From positions 1 through 35,534 of the forward strand of contig JBGQDD010000001.1 of the NCBI GenBank assembly GCA_041495665.1: a DNA stretch of 35,534 nt, in the 5' to 3' direction. Of this stretch, positions 16,459 to 26,063 are shown in pieces (the first letter of the stretch is position 1; every line of letters starts with the position of its first letter). Position numbers and translations under genes: made by a program. Under the pieces are notes generated by a model that ran no database searches, was not told the DNA's origin, and was given only the letters and a program-made list of their open reading frames with translations. This DNA is from Candidatus Acidiferrum sp. (GTDB taxonomy: Bacteria > Acidobacteriota > Terriglobia > Acidiferrales > UBA7541).

Positions 16459-17326
16459 ACTGTCTTGTCGTGTTTGTAGCCGCTTCGTCCTGCTGGCCGT
16501 CGCTGCGCTCGGTTTAGGCTCGCTAGCGGCGGCACAGGCACCCTTGCCTGTCTACGTAGCTTTTGAATTTCAAGAGCCAAGCATTGCCACGAAGCTGTCC
16601 GATGCCACGCGCGAGAGCAAACAAAAGGAGATGAGGGGCCGGCTCGCTGCGAAACTTCTCTCTCGGTTTCCTTTTTGGAGTTTTCAGAGCGGCGGACCGA
16701 CCGATTACCCACGCATGCAGGTCTGGCTGGAGAAGCATTCCCAGGATGAATGGCAGGTGCATCTGAAGCTCTTGATGCAGCAAAACCTACCGGAAGTCTC
16801 CCGCTGGCAGATCCAGCTCTACCCGCCGGGAGAAATCGCACGCCGTGGGTTTCCCTCCACGGTACAGTTGCTGGACGAGATCGAAAAGAGATTTGAAGAG
16901 TATCTCGGGGAACAAAGCAGCAACGATATCTTGGAAAAACTGGAACAGACCGCTCCGTTGAGCACGGAAGTCGTGTCACTGCCGGTCTCTCCGCAGCCGC
17001 CGCAACGCGCGTTAGCTGTCCTGCCGTTACAGTGGGACAAGTTTTGCGCGCTGGCCTCCTCGGAATTTGTCATCAGCGCGCATTGGAGCCAGGGGCGTGT
17101 TTCGATCACTTCCAAGGCCACAGGCGAAGCCGCCGACTACAAGCCAGATAATCCGCAATTCCAAGGGCTTCAGATCGAACATATTGAATGGAATCCGCAA
17201 ACAGGGCCGCCTGAGAGCCTCGCGGGGCATCTGCAACACTTGGGGCAGCTCACCCAAGTGGTCGTGAGAATGAAGCGGTTCACGCTTGATCCTGCGTCCT
17301 GTCAGAGTGTGTCCCTTGTTCATTAG
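16442..17326 (+). CDS. Hypothetical exported protein
   Basis: AGGAG SD before ATG 16442; signal-like FVLLAVAALGLGSLAAA|QAP. Confidence 0.7.
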   Translation: MCQNTRLSCRVCSRFVLLAVAALGLGSLAAAQAPLPVYVAFEFQEPSIATKLSDATRESKQKEMRGRLAAKLLSRFPFWSFQSGGPTDYPRMQVWLEKHSQDEWQVHLKLLMQQNLPEVSRWQIQLYPPGEIARRGFPSTVQLLDEIEKRFEEYLGEQSSNDILEKLEQTAPLSTEVVSLPVSPQPPQRALAVLPLQWDKFCALASSEFVISAHWSQGRVSITSKATGEAADYKPDNPQFQGLQIEHIEWNPQTGPPESLAGHLQHLGQLTQVVVRMKRFTLDPASCQSVSLVH

Positions 17327-17335
17327 GAGGATCCC

Positions 17336-18931
17336 ATGAGATTTCGGAGTGCAATGAGGATAGGCGCCGCCGTTTTCTGCTGGTTCGCAGTAACGGATCT
17401 CTGGGCGCAAGCGCCAGCGCCGAAACCTACGGCGTCCGCGGCCCAGGACCTGGCGCGCAAAGCGAAATCGCGTGGCGACTACAAGTCGGCGGCGGAAGGT
17501 TTCGGAGAGGTCCGCAAGAGCGCCCTTGCTTCAGACGACAAGACGTCAGCAGCGCAAGCGGCGATTGACTATGCCCAGTCGGTGGAACATTGGGCCAGCG
17601 CGGATCCGACGCAGCAGAATCGTTTGGCAGAAGCGGTCGAGTCGTATCAGAACGCTATCCAGTTGGGTGACGCTGGCCAGCAAGCCTACGCCCGGAACGG
17701 CTTGGGGGTACTGCTGCTCAGGCAGGGAAAGACGGTCGAATCTCTCGCGGCGTTTCGTGAAATAGACATGGATAGGATCGCGCCGCCCGCGCGCTTTGCG
17801 TACGTCTACAACTACGGCCGGGCTCTTGAAAAAAGTCAGGATTTGCAGAGCGCCTATGTGCAGTATCGACGCGCTCTGGAATTGCAGCCAAGATTTGAAC
17901 CGGCGATCGAAAGCGCGTTCCGCGTCCTACGGCAGTCCTCCCCTCCTAACATCAGAGGGGCGGTAGGGCTAGGTCGGCAACTCGTCGAGCGCGGGGCAGC
18001 GGCTTTCACGGCGGGACAGATTCACGCATTGCTGAAGGCGTGGAGCACAGCGCCCGACGCTATTGAGCTGCTCACTGTGCTCGTGCAATATTACGTTTCA
18101 GCGTCGGTGGATCCTGCTCATTTCGAGAAATTCGAGTCTGGAGATCTCCGGAGCCTCGGGGCGGCCACTCCTGCCCTGAAACGGCCCATCGATGAGATTC
18201 ACACTGCCTACTTCGGGGATTTCCCGCCGAGCTTCTATCATGGCGCGGCACGTGACATTTTCAGATCCTGGGCTTATCCGCGTGAGCACGCCGCATTGTT
18301 TTCGGCTCTGCTGAAAAAAGTCGGTGCGTATTACGATCAACGGGAGGCCCCGGAGAAGGCCCTGCCACGGTTTTCGGCCGCCTGGATGCTGAACCCTGCC
18401 GACTCCGAGGCTGCTGTGTATGCTGCGGCAGTCATTCGGGATCACGCCAAGACTCTCGATCCGCAGGGACAGCTGTTCAAACAGCTCCTCGAAACACTCT
18501 TCATGCAAAAGGGCGAGGCCTACTTCGAGAATGATTGGCCCAATATCCTCCGCTTCCATGTCGTCCTGGGAACGATTTTCGAGCGAGAGAAAATCTGGGG
18601 CTCTTCGCACGATCCGCGCAGCGCAATCTTCCAGTGGGAGAATGCGTTGGAAGCGGAAAAGCAGATTCGGCAAGTGGACAAGAAGTTCTCTCCTTCACCC
18701 GGAATCCATGCTTCTCTGGCCCTTGCTTATGAGAACACTTCGCGAGCAGCAGATGCGTGGGATCAGTATGTACTGGCCGCCCAAGGATTCATCGAGAGCC
18801 GCAATCCTGATCCTGCGGCATCAGCTCTCGAACGAGCGGAGTCACTTTCGGTTGCCCAGGACGAGCAACGACGAAAAAAGGTCGAGGAGCTTCGAGGCGA
18901 GATAGCCGACCTGAAGAAAGCAGCCGTTTAG
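17336..18931 (+). CDS. Exported tetratricopeptide-repeat protein
   Basis: AGGAGG SD, signal peptide ending LWA|QAP, and TPR-like helices (YARNGLGVLLLRQGK, YNYGRALEK...YRRALELQP). Confidence 0.8.
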   Translation: MRFRSAMRIGAAVFCWFAVTDLWAQAPAPKPTASAAQDLARKAKSRGDYKSAAEGFGEVRKSALASDDKTSAAQAAIDYAQSVEHWASADPTQQNRLAEAVESYQNAIQLGDAGQQAYARNGLGVLLLRQGKTVESLAAFREIDMDRIAPPARFAYVYNYGRALEKSQDLQSAYVQYRRALELQPRFEPAIESAFRVLRQSSPPNIRGAVGLGRQLVERGAAAFTAGQIHALLKAWSTAPDAIELLTVLVQYYVSASVDPAHFEKFESGDLRSLGAATPALKRPIDEIHTAYFGDFPPSFYHGAARDIFRSWAYPREHAALFSALLKKVGAYYDQREAPEKALPRFSAAWMLNPADSEAAVYAAAVIRDHAKTLDPQGQLFKQLLETLFMQKGEAYFENDWPNILRFHVVLGTIFEREKIWGSSHDPRSAIFQWENALEAEKQIRQVDKKFSPSPGIHASLALAYENTSRAADAWDQYVLAAQGFIESRNPDPAASALERAESLSVAQDEQRRKKVEELRGEIADLKKAAV

Positions 18932-19292
18932 AGGCTCTTGCATCCCCGGGGGCTGGGCATGGCGCGATTTTCAGCAGATGTCTATGCGAAATTATCTGAA
19001 CACGACTCTTCTATAGAAGCATGTGCTCTTGCCCATCATCTCGTCGTGTGGCGATTCCGACCGGTCAGGTCGGTATTTCCGGTGCATCGTGTCAGGAGGG
19101 ATCATGTGCTCGGACGATTTGTGTGGACAGACGAGCGCGTCAAGTAGTCCCGGCCTCGGTGTCTTTGGTGTCTGTTTGGGGCCGAAATTGGTGCTATTTA
19201 TGCGGAAGGGTTGAAAGAGTTGCAGAGAGCTAAATCGTATAAATCGCCTCTATTCATGAGGTTTTCATGCAAGTTGGTGAAAACGCGCTAGG

Positions 19293-20078
19293 ATGCCGCG
19301 AGGACAGGTGGACCACAGAGAGCAGCGGCTGAGAGTCTTGTTAGCGCGCCAAGAGATCACCGGCGCAGACCGGCAGTGGGCCGAGCAATACGAGCCGGGC
19401 GATGTCGTGCGCTACGCAAAGGGAAGCAAAACATACGGCATCGAGGCCGGAGAATACGCGCGCGTCGAGCGAGTGAACGCGAAGGAAAATGTGGTGACTG
19501 TCGGAAAGCAGAACGGTGAGCACGTCAGCTACGACCCTCGCCGCCTGCGAGGGGTGACGCTGTATCGAGATGCGGAACGCGCGTTCTCACAAGGCGACCG
19601 CGTCCAGTTTACTGCGTCGAACCGCGGGCAACACATTGCGAACCGCGAACTAGGGACCATTGAGAAGATCGACGTGACCGGCAACCTGCAATTGCGCCTG
19701 GACTCAGGCCGTTCCGTTTCGTTCGACGCCAAGGAGAATCCGCATCTTGACTACGGCTATGCCGTAACAAGCCACAGCAGCCAGGGACAGACCGCCGACC
19801 GCGTGCTCATCCACGTAGACACCGAGAGGGCAGGAGAAAAACTCGTGAATCGGCGCTTGGCATACGTGGCGGTGTCCCGTGGCCGCTACGACGCGCAGCT
19901 CTACACCAACGACAAGACCCACCTTGCCGGGGCTCTGAGCCGCGAGGTCTCGCATCAATCTGCAACGGAACCGACGCGCGCAGCAGGGCCAGCGCTCGCA
20001 CAAAAGACCGAGCCGCCCTCTTCTCTGACTCAGGAGAGACAGCGAACAATCGAACGAGATCTCAGCCCTAGCCGGTAG
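19293..20078 (+). pseudogene. C-terminal helicase part of a MOBF/TrwC-TraI-type relaxase (N-terminus missing)
   Basis: SF1B motifs LDYGYAVTSHSSQGQTADRV and LAYVAVSRGR, plus GDRVQFT. No HUH relaxase domain or Walker A upstream. Confidence 0.8.
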
Positions 20079-20128
20079 GCACGCTACTCGCTCCCACGGT
20101 CTTATCGGGTCCGCACGTCTTTGTCCCC

Positions 20129-20310
20129 ACATGCTTTACTCGGCGCAAGATAGGCCGTAGTTCGCTCCCACTGTAAAGCCCGCTTGTGCAGCTCCGCTCG
20201 GTATACCCCCAACCGTGCTCGCTTCCGCGCCCCTCCGGGCTGCGCTGAAATGCGCTTCGAAGCTTGACAGCCGCGAACCACGGCCAGAACCCGCCTCCAG
20301 TAAAGCATGT
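20129..20310. promoter_or_regulatory. Long nested hairpin with TTGACA in the 3' arm, upstream of ardC (Frpo/ssi-like)
   Basis: ACATGCTTTACT/AGTAAAGCATGT (12/12), GGCCGTAGTTCGC/GCGAACCACGGCC (12/13) and CTGTAAAGC/GCTTGACAG (8/9). Confidence 0.65.
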
Positions 20311-20366
20311 TGTTTTCTATGCCCTGAAAGGGCCTAGAAACACTAACTCACACTGGAGCGAACACA

Positions 20367-21239
20367 ATGTCTAGCATCTACGAAATCGTCACTGAGAAAA
20401 TTATCAAGCAGCTCGAATCCGGCGTGGCTCCCTGGCGCAAGCCCTGGACCTGTCAGACTCCCGCAAACCTGCTCACGCAGAAAGAGTATCGCGGCCTCAA
20501 TATCTTTACTCTCGCCTCGCAGGGGTTCCCGTCTCGGTTCTGGCTTACTTTCAATCAGGCAGCGAAGCTGGGCGGGAGGATTCGCAAGGGCGAGAAGTCT
20601 TCGCCCGTCATTTTCTGGAACGTTGGCGAAGATCGAGAGACCATCACACCGGATGGGACAAAAGAGACTTCGCGGCCTTTTCTCCTTCGGTACTACAGCG
20701 TATTCAATCTCTCGCAGACCGAAGGCATTGACCTTCCGGCATCTGTCCTGCAGGAGGCGCGCACCAACAGCCCTATACAGACGTGCGAACAGATCGTAGC
20801 GAACATGCCGAACCCGCCCGCGTTCGAGCAATCCGATAAGGCGTGGTACTCGCCGAGTGGCGACGTGGTCGGCATGCCAGCACGCGGCCTATTCCACTCA
20901 TCGGAAGAGTTTTACTCCACTCTGTTTCACGAGCTGGCCCACAGCACCGGACACGCAAAGCGCCTGCATCGGGACAACTTTGACAACCCAGTTTCCTTTG
21001 GCTCTGAATCCTACTCGAAAGAGGAACTCATCGCGGAGATGACCGCCGCCATGCTGTGCGGCATCGCGGGAGTCGAGCAAAAGACCCTTGAAAACTCCGT
21101 AGCCTATCTCAAGATGTGGATTGCGCGGCTCAAGTCAGATTCGCGGCTACTTGTTTCCGCAGCTTCACATGCCCAGAAAGCCGCCGACTTCATCCAAAGC
21201 AAGGCCGTGTGCCGGCAGAAGGAAGCACAGGCCGCTTAA
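20367..21239 (+). CDS. ardC: ArdC-family antirestriction / ssDNA-binding protein with zincin-like domain
   Basis: IYEIVTEKII...GVAPWRKPW, YRGLN, WLTFNQA, RKGEKS, YSVFNLSQ, LFHELAHSTGH and YSKEELIAE. Confidence 0.92.
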   Translation: MSSIYEIVTEKIIKQLESGVAPWRKPWTCQTPANLLTQKEYRGLNIFTLASQGFPSRFWLTFNQAAKLGGRIRKGEKSSPVIFWNVGEDRETITPDGTKETSRPFLLRYYSVFNLSQTEGIDLPASVLQEARTNSPIQTCEQIVANMPNPPAFEQSDKAWYSPSGDVVGMPARGLFHSSEEFYSTLFHELAHSTGHAKRLHRDNFDNPVSFGSESYSKEELIAEMTAAMLCGIAGVEQKTLENSVAYLKMWIARLKSDSRLLVSAASHAQKAADFIQSKAVCRQKEAQAA

Positions 21240-21246
21240 GCGGCTC

Positions 21247-21275
21247 TTGACAATGGTATCGTATGTGTTACCATT
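21247..21275 (+). promoter_or_regulatory. Promoter/operator of the TA pair, probably leaderless
   Basis: TTGACA (21247)-16 nt-TACCAT (21269) with TGn; AATGGTA-N10-TACCATT inverted repeat; ATG 5 nt after the -10 and no SD. Confidence 0.7.
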
Positions 21276-21279
21276 ATCC

Positions 21280-21609
21280 ATGATCGAAGTACGCGAATTC
21301 CTTGACAAGGGCGGACGCAGCCCGTTTGCCGCTTGGTCTGATCGTCTGAACAGAGAAGCGGCGGCCAAGGTGGCGGCTGCTCTAGCGCGCATCCAACAGG
21401 GTAATTTTTCCAACGCCAAGGGCGTTGGGGCCGGTGTTTATGAGTACCGGATTGATTTTGGTCCGGGCTACCGGATTTACTTCGGCAAAGATGGCGACCG
21501 GCTTGTAATCCTTGTTGGCGGCGGAACAAAAAAACGCCAGCAGGAAGACATCAATACTGCATTGGTGCGATGGCAAGACTACAAACAACGAAAAGAATCA
21601 GGAAGGTGA
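21280..21609 (+). CDS. RelE/ParE-superfamily toxin (addiction module killer, HigB-like toxin-first order)
   Basis: GRSPFAAW...GNFSNAKGVGAGVYEYRIDFGPGYRIYFG...ILVGGGTKKRQQEDI. Confidence 0.9.
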   Translation: MIEVREFLDKGGRSPFAAWSDRLNREAAAKVAAALARIQQGNFSNAKGVGAGVYEYRIDFGPGYRIYFGKDGDRLVILVGGGTKKRQQEDINTALVRWQDYKQRKESGR

Positions 21610-21614
21610 CTACA

Positions 21615-22001
21615 ATGGCTTTGACGCGAGATTTCAAGGAAACAATCCGGGCGCGCGTAAAACGTGATCCTGGCTTCCGCAAGGCGCTTCTCCGAGAGGG
21701 AATCGAAAACTTTCTCTCGGGTGACGTGGAAACCGGCAAGATCATACTGCGCGATTTCATCAATGCCACAGTTGGCTTTACTAAACTGAGCGACGTTACC
21801 CATCGCTCAGCGAAAAGTCTGATGCGGATGCTCGGTCCCAGTGGCAACCCTCAGGCTCGCAACTTGTTTGAGATCGTTGCCTATTTGCAGCACGCGGAAG
21901 GCGTGCGCTTCGAAGTCCGATCCGCGCGCGCCGCCTTACGCTCTAAGAAGCAGCCATTCCCGCAGGGAACAAAAAGGGATGCTTCAGCCGCAGGCGCTTG
22001 A
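21615..22001 (+). CDS. Cognate HTH antitoxin / transcriptional regulator
   Basis: MALTRDFKETIRARV.RDP.F...LRDFINATVGF..LS......KSLMRMLGPSGNP; starts 5 nt after the toxin. Confidence 0.85.
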   Translation: MALTRDFKETIRARVKRDPGFRKALLREGIENFLSGDVETGKIILRDFINATVGFTKLSDVTHRSAKSLMRMLGPSGNPQARNLFEIVAYLQHAEGVRFEVRSARAALRSKKQPFPQGTKRDASAAGA

Positions 22002-22367
22002 TGCGATGAACACTATTACCCTTGAAGCGAATCGACAATACTGTCAAATGGCGTCAGCGGGGGCACAGCTAAGCGAGCCTTCTACAGCCTGTCCGACAAC
22101 CCTTCAATTCGCGCATCCGTAAGTGCCTGATTCTGCGTGCTGGCTCTCGACGCCTCCGGGCTGTCCACAAACGGATGATTTCCAACGCTTAATCGAAAGG
22201 AACATGCTCTTGGTCGCACAGATTCGGTGCTGACTTAGGGCTGCTACTCAACTATTTTCGTAGACGGCAAGTCTGGTTAATTGAGCCCAATCTCTCCCCT
22301 CCACGCATTACGCCCTATTCGGCGAACCCTTGCCTGATTTCGAATTTCATGTAGTAGAATTCGCGGC

Positions 22368-22499
22368 ATGAACGACACTTCGCTTGACAAGCCGCATCGA
22401 AAGAGATTCAAAGAAAGGCATATCATTGTTGGCTTGTTGGCAGGCCTTTTCATAGGAATTGCCGTCCTGATGATGTTGCATGAACTCCGCTTGCTGTGA
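22368..22499 (+). CDS. Putative 43-aa single-TM small protein MNDTSLDKPHRKRFKERHIIVGLLAGLFIGIAVLMMLHELRLL
   Basis: Translated by hand. Basic N-terminus followed by a hydrophobic helix; TAGAAT lies 7 nt before the ATG (leaderless-like). Confidence 0.45.
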   Translation: MNDTSLDKPHRKRFKERHIIVGLLAGLFIGIAVLMMLHELRLL

Positions 22500-22706
22500 A
22501 TCAACCGATCTACTCCGTGGAGGAGGCAGGCAAACTTGCAAACAGACTCAGAGTTGAGCGGCCCTATTTACCCGAGTGCGATTCCGTTGACGAATAGCAC
22601 AATGTCCAGGCGCTTCGTGTTAGCCTAAGAACAAGATATGTCCAAACCTCTCATCATTGATTTTTTCTCTCTATTCAGGTGATGCTAGGGTTCTGGACGG
22701 GTATTT

Positions 22707-22898
22707 TTGCATATTAGAAAGGAGCGAATTGTGTTCTGGTGGGGCTTGCTGACATTTGCTATCGCAATTCCGTTCCTCCTATTTGGATTGTTCCGTTGGG
22801 CATCCTCGGATCCGGGTATCGACCGCGAGATCGCGAAGGATCGTTTTCGTGCTGAGCAAGAATCTAGGGCTCTACGGCGCTCCGGCAGAAGCGATTGA
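22707..22898 (+). CDS. Putative small membrane protein (63 aa)
   Basis: One hydrophobic segment and a charged tail; start codon uncertain. Confidence 0.4.
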   Translation: MHIRKERIVFWWGLLTFAIAIPFLLFGLFRWASSDPGIDREIAKDRFRAEQESRALRRSGRSD

Positions 22899-23064
22899 CC
22901 CCATCTGGCGACACCAATCAGCTCCATAGGAATTTGTAAACAGTTCGCCAAGTCCGAGTTGGAGACCGTGTTAAAAAGAGTCCGCGCGTCCCACCCGGAT
23001 GAATCCCGCCGGATGCGAGATGCGCTGGAGAAAATCCACGACACCAATAAAAGGCCGGCCCTAG

Positions 23065-24795
23065 ATGCTCAGCCTCTCGACGCTAAATGTTTTCTTTACA
23101 TGGGTAGTGGTCGCCATCATTCTCATCGGCCTCGGCTCACTTCTTCTCTCGCGATTCACCAAAAACTTCTTCCCCACGGACGCCTTCTGGATGGGGCTCG
23201 CCGTTTCTGTGGCTCTTCTCGTAATTTGGAATCTCGTCCTCCCCATGACCGCGTACATTACACTCTTTCTCTTTTGCGCCGGTATTTTGGGGCTCACGCT
23301 AAACCGCTCCTCACTGCTGACGAGTTGGCGCGCCGCCTGGCAACACTCTCGCTGGCTGCTCCTCCTTGGCATTGCGTTTACACTCCTCCTCGCTCTTCGC
23401 TCCTGCGGCCCCTGCGAGTATTACGACACCGGCCTGTACGGTGCCCCGGCAGTCCGCTGGATCCAAACGTACCCGACAGTTCCCGGCCTGGCGAACCTTC
23501 ATGGAAGATTCGGCTTCAACAGTTCCGTCTTTCTTTGCATTGCCGCGCTGGGGCAAGGACCCTGGAAGGATTTAGGCTTTCATCTATTCACCGGCTTCAT
23601 GCTCTCTGCAATGTGGGCTACTCTATTGCCAGCCTGTGCCCGTGTGGTCCGCCGGGTAACAACCTCTCCAGCAGACTGGTTTTACACCATCCTCGCACTG
23701 CCCGCTTTGTTCTGGACCACGCGCTCCCGCATCGTCGGCACCCAAACCGATGAGCCCGCCACCGTTGTCTGCCTCATCGCAACAGGCATTCTCTTCGAAT
23801 ACCTCTGTAAAGAAGATGGAAGAGACCAGCGTAAAACTCACAGTTCCCGGCTCGTTCTGGCCACAACTCTGTTTTCCTTGGCCGTAGCATTCAAAGTTTC
23901 CACCATCGTTTTTGCCCTGCTCGCCTGGTGCCTCGCCTTTCGCGGGATTTGGTTGCTAGGCCGGTCCGCACGGCAGCGCACCAAGTACCTTTTCGCCGCA
24001 CTGGCACTATCCACTCTGATCCTGCTTCCCTGGTGCGCCCGCGGGATCATCTTGAGCGGGTATCCCTTCTACCCAGCCACCGTTTTCGCATTCCCTGTGG
24101 CCTGGAAGATCCCCCTCTCCGCCGCGAGGTGGTACGCCATCGGCATTCAATCCTGGGGACGCATCCCCGACGTCCCTGTTCGTGACACCCGAGGTCTTCA
24201 CTGGCTGAGTAACTGGATGAATCACGCCCTTCGAAACCGGCCCTCGTTCCAAGTGCCGCTGGCAATCTCCCTTGCGGGTCTAGTCGTGGCGCTGACTGCT
24301 CGCTTTCGCGGAAAACCACATCCTGCGTGTCCTTGGCTTTCGCTCCTGTTTCCTTCTATCGTCGGCATCATTTTTTGGTTCGCCGCTTCCCCTGACCTCC
24401 GATTCGCTCAGTTCGCCATCTGGACCACCGCCGCGACCCTGGGTGCTTGGGGCATTGTGTCCATGGAACTCAACCTCCACCGCTCGCAAACTAACCTCAT
24501 GCTAGCCGCGCTTGTCTTGTCCTCAATCTGGTGCCTGATCTCTTTCGGCTGGAAGGAACCGCTCCTAGCCCTCCGCGGCGTCCAACAACCGCCGCCTCTC
24601 CCCAAGCCGGTCCTCATCATTCGACACACGCTCTCGGGCCTCGCCGTCTACGTCCCCGCCGAAGGCCAACAGTGCTGGGACGCTTCCTTGCCGTGCACTC
24701 CTTACTTCGACGAATCGCTTCGCCTTCGCAACGCCTCGTCCCTCCGCTGGGGTTTCACCTCCGAAGGCCGCGCCGCCCAATTTCAGATTTTCTGA
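23065..24795 (+). CDS. Polytopic membrane protein (LIC_10190-like, possible GT-C-type glycosyltransferase)
   Basis: Many TM segments; YYDTGLY...VPGLANLHGRFGFNSS loop; C-terminal CWDASLPCTPY; next to the glycan locus. Confidence 0.7.
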   Translation: MLSLSTLNVFFTWVVVAIILIGLGSLLLSRFTKNFFPTDAFWMGLAVSVALLVIWNLVLPMTAYITLFLFCAGILGLTLNRSSLLTSWRAAWQHSRWLLLLGIAFTLLLALRSCGPCEYYDTGLYGAPAVRWIQTYPTVPGLANLHGRFGFNSSVFLCIAALGQGPWKDLGFHLFTGFMLSAMWATLLPACARVVRRVTTSPADWFYTILALPALFWTTRSRIVGTQTDEPATVVCLIATGILFEYLCKEDGRDQRKTHSSRLVLATTLFSLAVAFKVSTIVFALLAWCLAFRGIWLLGRSARQRTKYLFAALALSTLILLPWCARGIILSGYPFYPATVFAFPVAWKIPLSAARWYAIGIQSWGRIPDVPVRDTRGLHWLSNWMNHALRNRPSFQVPLAISLAGLVVALTARFRGKPHPACPWLSLLFPSIVGIIFWFAASPDLRFAQFAIWTTAATLGAWGIVSMELNLHRSQTNLMLAALVLSSIWCLISFGWKEPLLALRGVQQPPPLPKPVLIIRHTLSGLAVYVPAEGQQCWDASLPCTPYFDESLRLRNASSLRWGFTSEGRAAQFQIF

Positions 24796-24965
24796 TCGCT
24801 CATTGCAAGTCGATCGGCGCGCCAGTCATCCTGCCATTGCGGTATTCTGCCGCGCTCGCTCCGAAGCCGCCGTCTCTTTGAGGATCGCTTCGAAACTACC
24901 TCTGATGCTCCAATGAGGATTGTGATTCTTGAGTTTCTGTAAGTTGCAGATGGGGCGACTCAAGC

Positions 24966-26063
24966 TCAAGAGCGGCCGAGCACGGAATGGAGGAATCGCT
25001 TGACTGCCAGCCGCCATTCGTCGAGGCGATGGAAGTTTCGATAACCCACGAAGAGCGACCCGAACGCGTTCGCGTAGTGTACCGCCAAGTGACGCCAGGT
25101 CATTTGCGATCCAAAATACCAAGACTGCTCGAGTAGATGGCGGAAAAATCGCAACCGTCCCGGCGGCGATAAAGCGAATTCGCCGACTCTGCTCGATATC
25201 GTCCATTGCATTAAAAATGCCCGGAGATCTGGGCGTTTTACGTCAAAACCGTTTTCCTCCAGCCATTGCTGGACGCCTTCCCTAATTGCTCGAGTTGTGA
25301 TCACGCGGCGCTGCAGCCGGGCCTTGGCAGCCGGATCTCCCTCGAAGATGTTGCAGCCCCGTGGAGTGTTTGCTACGCAGTTCCACAGGTTGTCGGCGTG
25401 AACGCGATAGACCGTCAGCGGCTGGTCGATATACACAATTGGAGCGACGAAGATGACGCAAGCGGTGAGGTGTGCGTCGGCCTGAACGATCAGGTTCTCC
25501 GGTACCGGCAACAGCCGCTCTAAGACGCTCCGTCGAAACGCCAGAGCGGCTGTTGGATACAGATCGTAGCCCAGCAGCATCTTGCGATTGTCCGGGAGGA
25601 ATCCGGAGACGCCCGCAAGTCCGCTATCGGGTACTGGGTCCGCCAAGGGGCCACGCTTGCAGCAGAAGTCGTGGTAGACCATGCCAGCTTCCGGGTGCTT
25701 CTCAAATTCGGCCGCAACGCGCTGCAGCTTGCCAGGCAGCCAGTAATCGTCACCGTCGAGGAACGCAACGATTTCCCCTCGCGCTCGCGCGATCCCGAAG
25801 TTGAGTGCGGAAGCCTGGCCGCCGTTAGGTTTACAAAAATACTGAATCCGATCGCCATACCTGCGGACGCGATCGGCCGTGTCGTCGGCCGATCCATCGT
25901 CCACCACCAGAATCTCCATCTGCTCTGGAGGGAAATCCTGTGCCAGAACACTCTCGATGGCTTCCTCGATGAAGTGGCCATAGTTGTAGGTGTCGACCAA
26001 GACCGTGACTCGAATTGGTCTTGCTTGGCTCACTTGAGGGCTCTGAATGATCGCACTCGTCAC
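24966..26063 (-). CDS. Glycosyltransferase family 2
   Basis: VLVDTYNYGHFIEEAIESVLAQ, VVDDGS, NGGQASALN and FLDGDD. Confidence 0.93.
   Translation of the reverse strand: MTSAIIQSPQVSQARPIRVTVLVDTYNYGHFIEEAIESVLAQDFPPEQMEILVVDDGSADDTADRVRRYGDRIQYFCKPNGGQASALNFGIARARGEIVAFLDGDDYWLPGKLQRVAAEFEKHPEAGMVYHDFCCKRGPLADPVPDSGLAGVSGFLPDNRKMLLGYDLYPTAALAFRRSVLERLLPVPENLIVQADAHLTACVIFVAPIVYIDQPLTVYRVHADNLWNCVANTPRGCNIFEGDPAAKARLQRRVITTRAIREGVQQWLEENGFDVKRPDLRAFLMQWTISSRVGEFALSPPGRLRFFRHLLEQSWYFGSQMTWRHLAVHYANAFGSLFVGYRNFHRLDEWRLAVKRFLHSVLGRS

Larger units (their letters stand above)
9017..22200. mobile_element. Degenerate/mosaic conjugative or integrative element region (boundaries approximate)
   Basis: Contains ParB, a plasmid-type small protein, mobile mystery A/B, AbiE, a TrwC-type helicase fragment, ArdC, a RelE-type TA pair and several truncation scars. 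No integrase or T4SS genes are in the window. Confidence 0.65.

Noticed and set aside
22085-22200. Possible att end or tRNA fragment (TAAGTGCCTGATTCT and nearby motifs)
   Set aside because: No recognisable tRNA 3' end, no matching second copy and no integrase in the window; too weak to call.
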